From NCBI GenBank assembly GCA_964016885.1, contig OZ024747.1, positions 50,902,001 to 50,966,000 on the forward strand: a stretch of DNA of 64,000 nucleotides. The letters are read 5' to 3'. The notes under the pieces were generated by a model that was not told the origin of the DNA, ran no database searches, and saw only the letters and a program-made list of their open reading frames with translations. Each line of letters begins with the position of its first letter. Position 1 is the stretch's first letter. This document shows, one piece after another, positions 42,451 to 54,538 of the stretch. The translations under genes and the position numbers were made by a program. This stretch comes from Eledone cirrhosa (taxonomy: Eukaryota).

Positions 42451-43533
42451 TCTCTCTCTATATAAAATTATTTGTCTCTCTGTCTGCCTGTCTGTTTCCT
42501 TATGCATTCTCAAATGGCTCGACCAAATCAAATATAATTTTACAAGGTAATAGTATTAGACCCCGGGATCTATCTTTATTTTCATTTAGATTAAAACAAT
42601 ATAACATTTTATCTAAAATAATATTTCTATAGTCAACTATATTACGACGGCTATGACGACGACGACGTCATATTTTGTATATGAGTGTGTACGCGTTCGT
42701 TACGTACGTCAGGCCTTAGTAAGTTTCATACACATACATCTTCACGTAAATATTTAATCAAATACACAGAGAATTAAACATACACACACACCTTCACAAG
42801 TGATGACTGACAACTATATGTGTGTGAATGTATCTGAGAGTGTATGTGTGTGAGTGTATGTGAGTATGCATACATTTCTGTGACGACTGACATAACAATG
42901 GCTGGAAGTAAAACTGTATGTGTTTGTATGAATGTCTGACTGTATGTTTTTTATACGTTCGTGTGAGTGTATGTGTGTCTGTTTGTGGGTGAAACTCTGT
43001 GTGTGTTTGTATGAACGTATGTCTTTACACTGTATACACAAATAATATTCAAAATATATTTCTTTTGGATGTTATATACTTATTTGTTTACAATATTTAA
43101 AAAAAATTCTTTATTCTAAAAATTCCTCTCTTAACTACAGCTGTTCCATTTGAATTCAAGAGGCTTTAGTCAATCTAAGTTTTGTCATTTTGATTAACAA
43201 ATCTCCGGGCCAATCCCTCAAGGTAGTTGGACTTATATCTCTACTCCATGTTTCTCCCACGGTTAAATCTATGTTGGTTGCTCACAAGTTGGAAGCAGCA
43301 ACAATTTATTCATTTGGACACCAACAAAAAATTACACAATGAATATTGTTAACCCTGAGGTGCTTCAAGATTAACAGATTTTCATTCTTAAATTCTATTA
43401 TAATTAGAATTTTGATATTTAAAAAAATATAGATATTTCGAAATAATTATGAGAAAAAAATCTTCATATTTATTGTTTTCTAATCTGGATAAGAACAGCG
43501 GTAACCCGGGTAACGGCGGGGTCATTCATTTAG
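42451..43533 (+). mobile_element. non-autonomous Helitron-type element (degenerate)
   Basis: A|TC start, gtct-repeat head, 3' hairpin cccgggtaacggcggg then TTAG|T. Confidence 0.55.
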
Positions 43534-43775
43534 TCATCAATAAAATCGAAACCTCAAGTAGTCCGATTCGCTGGCAAGTTGATCATTATTTCGTCATGAA
43601 TGGTTAAAGTTAGTATTTCTCGGTTTAGCACTACCACCTGGGCCTTGGACATACCTGCCCGAGTCCTGGTTTGAAGGCGACGATAGAATATGATAGGAGG
43701 AGATTTGACTGCTAATTCTCGCATGCCGAGACTCCCTCATCGGTTAGTTTCTGATTAGGCTTTCTTTATTGTAGA

Positions 43776-45336
43776 CTAGCAGTAAAGCCCGGCGTTGCTC
43801 GGGGTCGCTCAGTAGCTGTGTTAAAGTTACAATGTTAAGTTTCTTTCTTGGCTTAAAAACTGTAGTGTCTACTGTGCAGACTTGCATGTGGTGTTTTTGA
43901 TTAATATTCCCTCAACCAACAATATGCCTTATGAAGTTAAGAAAACATAACGATAACCCGGATGTTATAACAAAAGAGGATGCTGGGGATAGAAACTGCA
44001 CTGGTTATTTATTAACAAAGATCGAAAATGTAAACACTGCAACGCAGAGAAAAACATTAGCGTAACCAAATTATCAGTTATGTCTGTCTGCACGCCTATA
44101 TCACCTCTCTGCACGACTGTCTGTCTGCACGCCTATATCACCTCTCTGCACGACTGTCTGTCTGCACGCCTATATCACCTCTCTGCACGACTGTCTGTCT
44201 GCACGCCTATATCAACTCTCTGCACGACTGTCTGTCTGCACGCCTATATCACCTCTCTGCACGACTGTCTGTCTGCACGCCTATATCACCTCTCTGCACG
44301 ACTGTCTGTCTGCACGCCTATATCACCTCTCTGCACGACTGTCTGTCTGCACGCCTATATCAACTCTCTGCACGACTGTCTGTCTGCACGCCTATATCAC
44401 CTCTCTGCACGACTGTCTGTCTGCACGCCTATATCACCTCTCTGCACGACTGTCTGTCTGCACGCCTATATCACCTCTCTGCACGACTGTCTGTCTGCAC
44501 GCCTATATCACCTCTCTGCACAACTGTCTGTCTGCACGCCTATATCAACTCTCTGCACGACTGTCTGTCTGCACGCCTATATCAACTCTCTGCACGACTG
44601 TCTGTCTGCACGCCTATATCACCTCTCTGCACGACTATCTGTCTGCACGCGTATATCACCTCTCTGCACGACTGTCTGTCTGCACGACTGTCTGTCTGCA
44701 CGCCTAACGAAATTTACAGATACATATATTTTAAATAAACTTATATAATTTTTGCTTTTTTTTACGAAATATTTGCTTGTTTTACGTAGTCTTTAAATAG
44801 ACTTGTTTTCAAGTAAAAATATTGTTTTAAAAGGCTTTTAAATGGAAATGAAGCAAAACGGAAGCTTAGTGTTCGAACTGATGAATTTTGTAGGTCAAAA
44901 TTTTGCTGGCTCGACAACTGTTCGTGTATTGTGTTAATGTCATTTTAAACGCTGAGAAAGCCAGCGTAATTTTTTTAATTTTTGCACGCAGAAAATGTAA
45001 ACAGAACGTAAGACGCTACGCTGAATGTAAACAGAACAAAGGGAAATCATTTTTTTAATTTTTGCACGCAGAAAATGTAAAGAGAACGTAAGACGCTACG
45101 CTGAATGTAAACAGAACAAAGGGAAATAACTGATCACTTACGCTCAAAAATCGATACATTATATTCGATTTCGTCAGATAGGGCGGGTCAATTTGAAATA
45201 TTTTTTTTCCGATGTCTTCGCTAGGGCTCAATGTACAAGTATAGCAATTTCGGTGCAATTCCGTGAGAGATTCTAAGAGGAGATGTGTGCCAAAAATCGA
45301 TAGACAGACAGACAACCTCAGTTTTATATATATAGA
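43776..45336 (-). mobile_element. non-autonomous Helitron-type element carrying a 37-bp satellite
   Basis: minus strand A|TCTATATATA start at 45336; hairpin cccgagcaacgccggg and CTAG|T end at 43776. Confidence 0.7.
44081..44704. repeat. 37-bp tandem repeat, about 17 near-identical copies
   Basis: unit ctgtctgtctgcacgcctatatcacctctctgcacga, no spacers. Confidence 0.95.
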
Positions 45337-46152
45337 TTAACACTAGGTTAGCGGTGACTGATCAGTTATATTGTCAAAAGATATGCTAGTAATGACTATC
45401 TAGTACTATCTAATGTATAATTTTATTATTGAAAATAACAAAGTGTAAGTTGAGAGAGATCTCTAACAGGTTGAGCCGCTACATAGTGACTCCTTCTTTT
45501 GGCTCGCTCCTGAACAGGTGTATTATGGTGTCATGAGTGAAATATTGACATGCAACTCCTGTTCCTAAGATAGTTCATTGCTTAGGAACATGAATATCAG
45601 GATGTAAGGTCATCGTCACCTCAGAATCTGCTTAAATATATCTTCTGACTACTATGGATCTCACCCTCTAAATTATCTGATTTGATAGCCACGTCAGATA
45701 AGATTGATGGCACTATGAAACATCGAAGAAAGAGGAGAGACTTTTTCACTTTCATAGCCAATGTGTAAAGAGTTCTCTATAGTTCAATAGTTCAATAGTA
45801 CGATGATATGATCTGCCTGTCTATTTAAAGTGTCATCGTTTACCGATACAAGAACGTATCGATCGGAACGAAAGAAAGCTGAGTGAAGATGTGACATGCC
45901 TGCTTCTCTAGATGGCTTTCGGGAACATTATAGAAATTTTACATACTGTATTTATTAGAACACATTTCAGAATGTTAAGGCTTTCCTAGAGATTGGGAGT
46001 TTATCAGTTCTTGCAAAGTCCTTGGGATCTGTTTCGTACTTTTTCCATTGTGGGGTTTTATAAGCCCTAATATTAGACTATTTTCTGTACTCAGTGAAAG
46101 CGTCTAATTCAATTTTTCAGTCGCTATCGTATTCTAATTCAAACGTGCTTAC

Positions 46153-46262
<110 letters not shown>

Positions 46263-46346
46263 TTATCTATCTATTATCATGTCCCCCCTAATATAAAAAT
46301 GGCGTGAACATTACAATACAACACAATAGGAGGGAACATAATAATA

Positions 46347-46392
46347 TTACCACTGATGATGTTGCAGATGTGCAACGAAAGAACTTTGTTAA
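46347..46392 (+). ncRNA. hammerhead-like motif (family D; insert 46290-46630)
   Basis: uuacca-CUGAUGA-u-guugca gaug ugcaac-GAAA-gaac-UU-uguuaa; stems I and III weak. Confidence 0.45.
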
Positions 46393-46623
46393 ACTATATA
46401 TAAATATTTGTATCTGTATTTTTAACCGATGGTCAGTCAATGTTAAACATTGATTGCCAAATAAAATAATTATGGAGATATAAAAGATACAGGCGCGAAA
46501 ACCAACCAAACAATGAGTGTGTTCTGTTATTATTTCTGGCAATTATTATTACAACAATATGGACCCTCCCCAATTATAACAATATTTGTTTCGACACACG
46601 ATTTCATATCAAAAACCTTGCAA

Positions 46624-46720
<97 letters not shown>

Positions 46721-46721
46721 A

Positions 46722-46810
46722 GGGATCTGACGAGCCGCGGATTACGGAGTCAGGTCAGATCGATACAGATCGAACCTTCAGCTGGTCAGTGGCGAAACGC
46801 GCGTCACCAA
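46722..46810 (+). ncRNA. hammerhead ribozyme core with palindromic CGCGCG stem III (insert 46719-46965)
   Basis: CUGACGA(46727-46733)-gccgc...guggc-GAAA-cgcgcg-UC; AATAAA at 46813; stem I 5' strand appears truncated. Confidence 0.6.
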
Positions 46811-46962
46811 CCAATAAACGTGATGAAGGAGTAACCAACCGTCCTTGTTATCATATTTAACTATAATACACTCTGTATAGCTCTGCACCTCGACACTGAA
46901 GTGAACCTATACATCGAGTGCTCAACATGGTGAACCTACAGTAACTCCAAGTTACACTACTT

Positions 46963-47055
<93 letters not shown>

Positions 47056-47161
47056 AATTCTGCGAGAATCGCATTTCGGCGGGTAGAAAAAGCGAAACGT
47101 AACGCAAATTCAGAGTCATGCTGGCTCCATAGTTTAAAAAACCAGAGTTGGTTGAGAATAT

Positions 47162-47254
<93 letters not shown>

Positions 47255-47312
47255 TATAAACATACTAAATAAAGATGGCGTAGAAAATACAATGCAACCG
47301 GAGGAAACAATA

Positions 47313-47356
47313 GCACCACTGACGATGTTGCAGATCTGCAACGAAAGAACTTTGAT
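47313..47356 (+). ncRNA. hammerhead-like motif (family D; insert 47262-47560)
   Basis: CUGACGA-u-guugca gauc ugcaac-GAAA. Confidence 0.4.
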
Positions 47357-47554
47357 AAACTATATATATGTTTTTGTGTCTATATTGTATCTGTATTTTT
47401 GACCGTTGGTCAGTCAATGGCGACATTGAGGACCGAATAAATTAGATTACCGATATAAAAGACACAGAAGCGAAAAGCGAAAACCAACCAAACAGTGAGT
47501 GTGTTCTGTTTTTAATTCTGGCAATATTACACAAATATGACCCTCCCCAAGTAT

Positions 47555-47646
<92 letters not shown>

Positions 47647-47662
47647 TAAAATAACAGATTAA

Positions 47663-47713
47663 AGTTTAAGCAAAGAATCGCTGCTTTCACCCTTAACGGG
47701 ATCTTCTGAAACT
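47663..47713 (-). ncRNA. variant hammerhead (CAGAAGA core) in 3' pLTR
   Basis: aguuu-CAGAAGA-u ccc guuaa ggg u-GAAA-gca gcgauucuu ugc-UU-aaacu, then AAUAAA. Confidence 0.55.
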
Positions 47714-47856
47714 AACAAAGTCAATCTGTGAACGCAGAAGTGAATATTTCATAAAACGTTGCAACCGGAGGAAGACAGGAAGACGATACTTTGGTTCGTG
47801 GAAAGGTTCCTTGGCAAAGAACGGGAAAAAACGAATATAATACGTCATTATTTGGA

Positions 47857-48045
47857 GCGGTGGATTGGCAGTATCGGTAGATGGTCGGACGCCATGCTTT
47901 CCAGCATAGTTACGTCCCTTTACGATCTGAGCTCAAATCCCGCGGAGGTTGACTTTGCCTTTCATCCTTATGGGGTCGATAAAATAAAGTACCAGTAATG
48001 CACTGAGTAATTGCTGGCCTTGTGCCTAAAGTAGAAACAATTATT
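47857..48045 (+). mobile_element. SINE inserted in the Penelope 3' pLTR
   Basis: direct repeat attatttggagcggtgga at 47847-47864 and 48040-48057; empty site at about 51783. Confidence 0.9.
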
Positions 48046-48687
48046 TGGAGCGGTGGAAAACAATTACACGCAAAGACAAAACCACGTTTATGGTATAAAA
48101 GAAGTCGTAGACTAATATTCTATTAGGTGGTTCATAGAGATGTTCCCAGGCAATGAACGGAAAAAAACGAAGATAATACGTCATATGTGTAGCGCGGAGA
48201 ACAATTGCACGCAAAGACAAAACCACGTAAATGGTATAACTGAAGTCGTAGACTAAAATTCTAACTAGGAAACCGAATGATTCTCGGCTTCAGAGTTAAA
48301 AATAGAGTAAATAAAATACAGAGGTAATTGAAATAAATACATACACGCATCCAGATACGTACATACACAAGCATACGCGAAAACACTCGCCATAGGTATA
48401 CAAATATACGCACGTACAAAAAAAAAAAAGAAAAAAAAAGAAAAAAAAACCACACGCACATACAGAACCCACTCAACGCCGGTACCCGCACGCATACGAA
48501 TGTATACACCAAACACACACACAAATATATATAAAAATATATATATTAATATATATGTAAAAGTTCTATTTAAATTGTTGGGATACAACAAGCAAATATT
48601 TTTATAACTGATATAAAGCACTCAACAAATAATTGGAGTAAAAATACGATATTAACAAATGGAAACTATATTTATAAAACCATATTT

Positions 48688-48781
48688 ATTTCATTATACA
48701 TATTTCAAGGACACCAAGTTAAATTATACATATTTCAAGGTCACCAAGTTAAATTATGGTGTGCTTTCATCAGATAAAATA
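48688..48781 (-). ncRNA. family C hammerhead with internal 30-bp duplication (nested head-to-head insert about 48560-48940)
   Basis: uauuuuau-CUGAUGA-aag c acacca..ugguga c cuu-GAAA-uaugua-UA; inverted arm about 48847-48937. Confidence 0.55.
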
Positions 48782-49359
48782 TAATATAGAGCAGTTTTAT
48801 AAATAAATATTGACATACCCTTAAAGAATGCAACCATTACTGCTGGAAGCACACCATAATTTAACTTGGTGACCTTGAAATATGTATAATGAAATAAATA
48901 TGGTTTTATAAATATAGTTTTCATTTGTTAATATCGTATATTAATATATATATGTGTGTGTGTCTGTGCGTGTATACATATAATTAAATAAACGTATATA
49001 AATAAATAAATACGTATATAACAAGCGCACACACATATCTACATGTAAATACACATATGTTCGGAGACGTACTTCAACCAAAACACGAAGTACACATATA
49101 CACACACCCTACATACGTACGAACCCGCATACTCACACAGACGCAAAACTCACGTATACACATAACCAAAAGCATATGTACCAGAATATATAATATATAC
49201 GCCATAACACATACAATCAATTATACGTACGAGGAAGTATACGTACCTTCATAAAACATACAGGTAATATATACTTACCTATACAAATAAGTAATGGTAT
49301 AAACATAACATATACTTAGCTACCACATGAAGACGTAAAATATCCGCGTATAGTTCGTA

Positions 49360-51479
49360 CTATCCGTTAGGGTATAATGTGGGGCTGTAATACAGGAAAG
49401 TTTTGTGCAATTTATGTTTACAAGCCGAAATTGCTTCAGATTTTTTGTTTAAGATGTGGTCTTTGGCGTAGAGTATTTCCAGACCCTCAGCGGCGCAGAA
49501 GTCACATGGTCTTTTATTTCCATTATACGATCTAGCCCTAGCAAGGATCTCCCAGTGTAACTTATATTGGGTATGGCTGTCTTTTAGACTCCAGATATAA
49601 GCTGAAATTGACGTCATATTCCTTCTTAAAGGGTAACGAAAAGAATGGGTATGCATGTAAAGACGCTGCTTGAATCTATTGGCGGTTAACCTTATGTAGG
49701 CCCTACGGGACGTGGGTGTTTCAACCTTGCATTTGTAGACAATGTTACTAGAGAGGCATTTCCCGGAGAGGGGGCAGTCAACCCGATTCCTACAATTACA
49801 GTTAGTACAAACTACAGGGTTGCACGTGTTCCTACGGCTAGGTAGTTTAGCTAAATTTGAAGCTGTGATGTTATGTGCAAGGTTAGGAGTCGTAGAGTAA
49901 GAAATTTTAATAGTATTTCTATTAAAACTTTTACTATATTTATGTGTAGGGGAAAATGCACCATAATAAGGGAGAGAAAGATCTTAGCTAAAGGTGTGGC
50001 CACCTCCATATTATATAGTGGGTTATACCATATAATGCGTCGGGATCTATCTCTTCTAGGTCTATTCTCGTACTCTGTATATGCTACCTTATCGACAAAT
50101 CCACTCCGAGCAAGAGCTTCATTGTAATATGTGGAATGGTCGTTGAAAATATGCTCGTTAGTAGATAGACGAGAAAGCCTCAAAGAAACGTTTCTTACCA
50201 GGTTCTTGGTTATGCTGGCAGGATGGTTAGAAAGCTTACTTATGTAATTAAGCGTATCATTCGGCTTTCTATACGGGTAATGAAAGCCATTCGATACATT
50301 GAGGGTAACGTCGAGGTAATTACCGACAGAGAGATTGGTCTCAACCTGTATGGAGAGGTTGAAGCCTTTAAAGAAGGCTGTGAGTTCTTTTCTGAACCTG
50401 TCGCAAGCACGTGAACCGCACTTAGTCATGGTCAAAAGACCATCATCACGGTACAAACCACCGCTCACGTTGGGGAATTCTTCCTTGATAGAGAAAAGAA
50501 GGAAAACGCCGATAAGATCAGTAACCTCCGCAGAATCGCTGGCGCCCATACTCACGTCGAATGGGGTACTATTGGATTTTTTAATCCAAATAGAGTCGTC
50601 GAAATTAATCACCGACTTACGGGCATTGAGGATGACATCAACTTCGAAATCCTTAACCACTGTGAGTGTTTTAGCGAAATTGATAGCTCTAAGGAGAAGT
50701 GGTAAAGTGATGGAGGAGTAGTAATTATTGATGTCGAATTGAATAAAACGGCAATGTTCCTTGTTGCATATGCCGTTGAACCAATCAATGACCGCGAAAG
50801 AATTGTTTCACAGTGCAAGAGGAGCCAAACTTCTAATTTCAGGTATAATTCTATCAAGAACCCTTTTACTAAGTCTACCTAAATCGGACTTCGTAGGGTT
50901 AATAAGCCGAATAGAAGGGTTGTTCGGAAAATTGGATTTGTGATCCTTGTGGGGAGAAATAGCGTCCAGAGGTTCGGTCCGGTCCAGGATGTTGATATCA
51001 GAGGTGATTTTAAACCCAGCATAGTTGATATCATTAATAACGCTCCGATTAGTTTTACGGTAATCCTTAGTTACAGCATTATGTAGCAGCTGATGGTAAG
51101 TACTGCGCTCCACTTGATATAGATTGCCAGTTTTGTCGGAATGGACGTGCACGGCATTAGAATCCTTAATAGAACGAATTCTATTCTTCAGTTTCTGCTG
51201 GAAGGAATTGCTCCTATTCCGAAATTTGATATTCCGTATGAGTTCCAAGACATCATTTTCGAAGGGTAGCAAAGCTGGGTTACTCGGAGGGTTATTATAG
51301 GTTTTAAATCCAAATTTATCCTGTTTGTTGTCTGCTTTTCCCTGATTATCGAAATGAAAGGCACGCCAACGCAACCTTTTAATGAACGCGTCTGTTTTCT
51401 GTATCAGGAGTTTTAGGTATGTTTTCTTGCTAGGTACGGGTATGTTCTTTGTAGAAATATTCAGATGTTGTTTCTGCAT
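49360..51479 (-). pseudogene. Penelope-like reverse transcriptase / GIY-YIG endonuclease ORF, frameshifted
   Basis: KNIPVPS..FIKRLRWRAF; DKTGN; KDHK..IRLINP; MGASDSAEVTDLIG; GLYRDDGL; NYLDVTLN; WYNP; CNC..CPLSGKCL..NIVYKC..AYIRLTANRFKQRLYMH. Confidence 0.9.
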
Positions 51480-51829
51480 GATGAATATAAGTCAATAGAG
51501 TGCTCAACCGAGGGAGCTAAATATTAATAATAATAAATTAGAAGACTAAAATCCAAAGAGGGCTCGATAATGATAAATATATATCAAATATATATGAACC
51601 GTAGAGCAAGAATCGCTGCTTTCATCCCTTAACGGGATCTTCTGAAACTAAAAAAGTCAATCTGTGAAGCAGAAGTGAATATTTCAAAAACCGTTGCAAC
51701 CGGACGAAGACAGGAAGACGATACTTTGATTCGTGGAAAGGTTCCCTGGCAAAGAACGGGAAAAAACGAATATAATACGTCATTATTTGGAGCGGTGAAA
51801 AACAATTACATGCAAAGACAAAATCACGT

Positions 51830-52353
51830 TCTCCAAAGAGATTGGGACGCAGAGATATTGCAACTTTTCCGTTAAAATCCTGTGAAACCTCAGAAATCCT
51901 GTGAAACCTCAGAAATCAAAATGCACAGAGCATCCAGAGTGATCCACCGATCTTTACGCATGTTTTCCTCAACCATTGCGACTGTATCGTCGGAAATTGA
52001 CGGTCTCCCGCTCCTTTATCCGTCGGGAATTTCAGTACGACCGGCTGTAAACTCTCTACACCATGCACAACTATCCATAAACTTCCTTCAATTGGCGATG
52101 AATTTCAATCGGTTCAACGCCTTTTGCGTTAAAAAACCGAATAACTGCGCGAACTTCGCATTTGGCGGTAGCGTTCAACGGGAGCTCCATTCTCAACGGC
52201 TGCCAAGCCAAGATTGAGCATTCCAGCGAAGCACGCACATGCTTGTTAGGGAGTGAAGGAAGCACCGATCACAACAGTGTTGCCAACAGCCGTACGAACA
52301 GTTTATCTGCCTCCCCATCGCTTTGGAGACCTTACTTTTGGGATTACCCTCAT
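51830..52353 (-). mobile_element. internally deleted mariner/Tc1 element (transposase N-terminal HTH)
   Basis: KCEVRAVIRFFNAKGVEPIEIHRQLKEVYG..WCREF..GRT..RSGRPS; TIR TA|tgagggtaatcccaaaagtaagg; partial inverted copy tctccaaag at 51830. Confidence 0.8.
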
Positions 52354-53329
52354 ATATATATATATATATATATATGTAATAGAAATAAATAACAACACAA
52401 TCGGTACAGTATATGGAAGGTATATATTAGGTTAACGCTTGTTATAGCAGGAAGAGGGTCTTAACTTTTCGGACGCTAGTCAGAAGAAAGAATGAAAAAT
52501 AAAATAGATTAAGGGGACGGGTGGGATGGAATTGGAAAAAATGCGTGTGTATATGTGTCCCCGTGATTGTGGTCATATTTGTGTTTGTGTCTGTATTTAT
52601 GTCCCCTTATTTTAGCGGTTCGACAAAAAGTGATCGATAAAATATGTACCAGACTTTTAAAACTGTGTGCAATCGACAAAATTCAGACGATGCCTCAGAT
52701 ACAAGTAGCCTAATGTCTTAAACCAGTAAAAGAGTAAAGTAATATACATTGAAGACGTAAAAACCCAACCGTGGTATTGACATCAAAGATTCATTTTGGT
52801 CGCTTCAAATAAACCTAGAAAGCCAAACGAGGAAAAAAATAACGATATACTAAAAAAAAAAAAAAGAATTCCTTTTTTCAAAAATTTTCTTCAAATCTTT
52901 CGAGAAATTTTCCTCAAAATATTTCAAAAAATTTTTTTTGAAATTAAAAGAAAATTTTTCCTCAAAATTTTTTCAAACAATTTCCTCGAAAATCTTGACA
53001 AATTTTCCTAATTTTTTCTTTTAAAATTACTTTTTTATCAAAATGTTTTCAAACTTTTCGTCAACAAATTTTCAAAAATTATACGAAAACATTTTTTAAA
53101 TTTCTCTTAAAATGTTTGAGTTAGTGGTGGTGAGGGTGGGGGCAACAGCACAATGTTAACAAAAACAACTTAAAAATAACAAAACTCTATATTAAAACAT
53201 AACACGTAAAAATCTCACATAAAATCTATAATAATAATAATAAAATATTTCAAAATGGTTGTTGCAGCTCATTCAACAGAAGACTTTCGTCGTAAGATTA
53301 GTTGATGTAATGAATGTGTGGAAAATAGA

Positions 53330-54348
53330 TGCTATGGTGTGATATGTGAAAACGATGGATAGTTGGATGGTATGATGTGATAGATGTACGAGGACAAAGG
53401 ACGTTAGGATGGTATGGTGCGATAGATATGTGAAAATAATGCCTGGTTAGGTGGTATGTTGTGAAAGATATACGAAGACAAAGGACGTTAGGATGGTGTG
53501 GTACGATAGATGTGTGAAAATAATGCCTGGTTAGGTGGTATGATGTGATAAATGTACGAAGACAAAGGACGTTTGGATGGTATGGTACGATAGATATGTG
53601 AAAATAATGCCTGGTTAGGTTGTATGTTGTGAAAGATGTACGAAGACAAAGGACGTTTGGATGGTATGGTGCGATAGATATGTGAAAATAATGCCTGGTT
53701 AGGTGGTATGATGTGATAGATGTACGAAGACAAAGGACGTTTGTATGGTATGGTGAGATGGATATGTGAAAATAATGCTTGGTTAGGTGGTATGATGTGA
53801 AAGATGTACGAAGACAAAGGACGTTTGTATGGTATGGTGAGATGGATATGTGAAAATAATGCTTGGTTAGGTGGTATGATGTGAAAGATGTACGAAGACA
53901 AAGGACGTTTGGATGGTATGGTGCGATGGATATGTAAAAATAATGCCTGGTTAGGTGGTATGATGTGAAAGATGTACGAGGACAAAGGATGTTTGGATGG
54001 TATTGTTCGATAGATATGTGAAAATAATGCCTGGTTATGTGGTATGATGTGATAGATGTACGAAGACAAAGGACGTTTGGATGGTATGGTGAGATGGATA
54101 TGTGAAAATAATGCCTGGTTAGGTGGTATGATGTGAAAGATGTACGAAGACAAAGGACGTTTGGATGGTATGGTGCGATAGATATGTGAAAATAATGCCT
54201 GGTTAGGTGGTATGATGTGATAGATGTACGAAGACAAAGGACGTTTGGATGGTATGGTACGATAGATATGTGAAAGCAATGTATAGTTAGCTGGTATGAT
54301 GTGATAGAAGTGGGAAGACAATAGATGCTTGGATTGTATGCTGTGATA
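53330..54348. repeat. 84-bp tandem repeat (dimer of diverged 42-mers), about 12 copies
   Basis: taatgcc recurs at 53437, 53521, etc.; the ORF shows 28-aa periodicity. Confidence 0.9.
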
Positions 54349-54538
54349 GATAATTGTTTCTACTTTTGGCACAAGGCCAGCAAATTACCCAGTGTATTAC
54401 TGGTACTTTATTTTATCAACCCCATAAGGATGAAAGGCAAAGTTAACCTCGGCGGGATTTGAATTCAGAATGGCAAGGGCCGTAACTCTATACGTCAAAG
54501 CATGGCGTCCGACCCTCTACCGATACTGCCAATCCACC
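54349..54538 (-). mobile_element. SINE, full length
   Basis: similarity to consensus. Confidence 0.9.

Larger units (their letters stand above)
47641..51830 (-). mobile_element. Penelope-like retroelement with pseudo-LTRs (5' about 51830-51500; 3' about 48260-47641)
   Basis: direct repeat 51605-51830 vs 47670-48090 (SINE-interrupted), each with an HHR-like motif; RT + GIY-YIG ORF between. Confidence 0.85.

Noticed and set aside
44081-44704. CRISPR-like 37-bp repeat
   Set aside because: no unique spacers, no cas genes, eukaryotic context
53250-53297. caaaATGg start with gtaaga donor (MVVAAHSTEDFR)
   Set aside because: too short to support without transcript evidence
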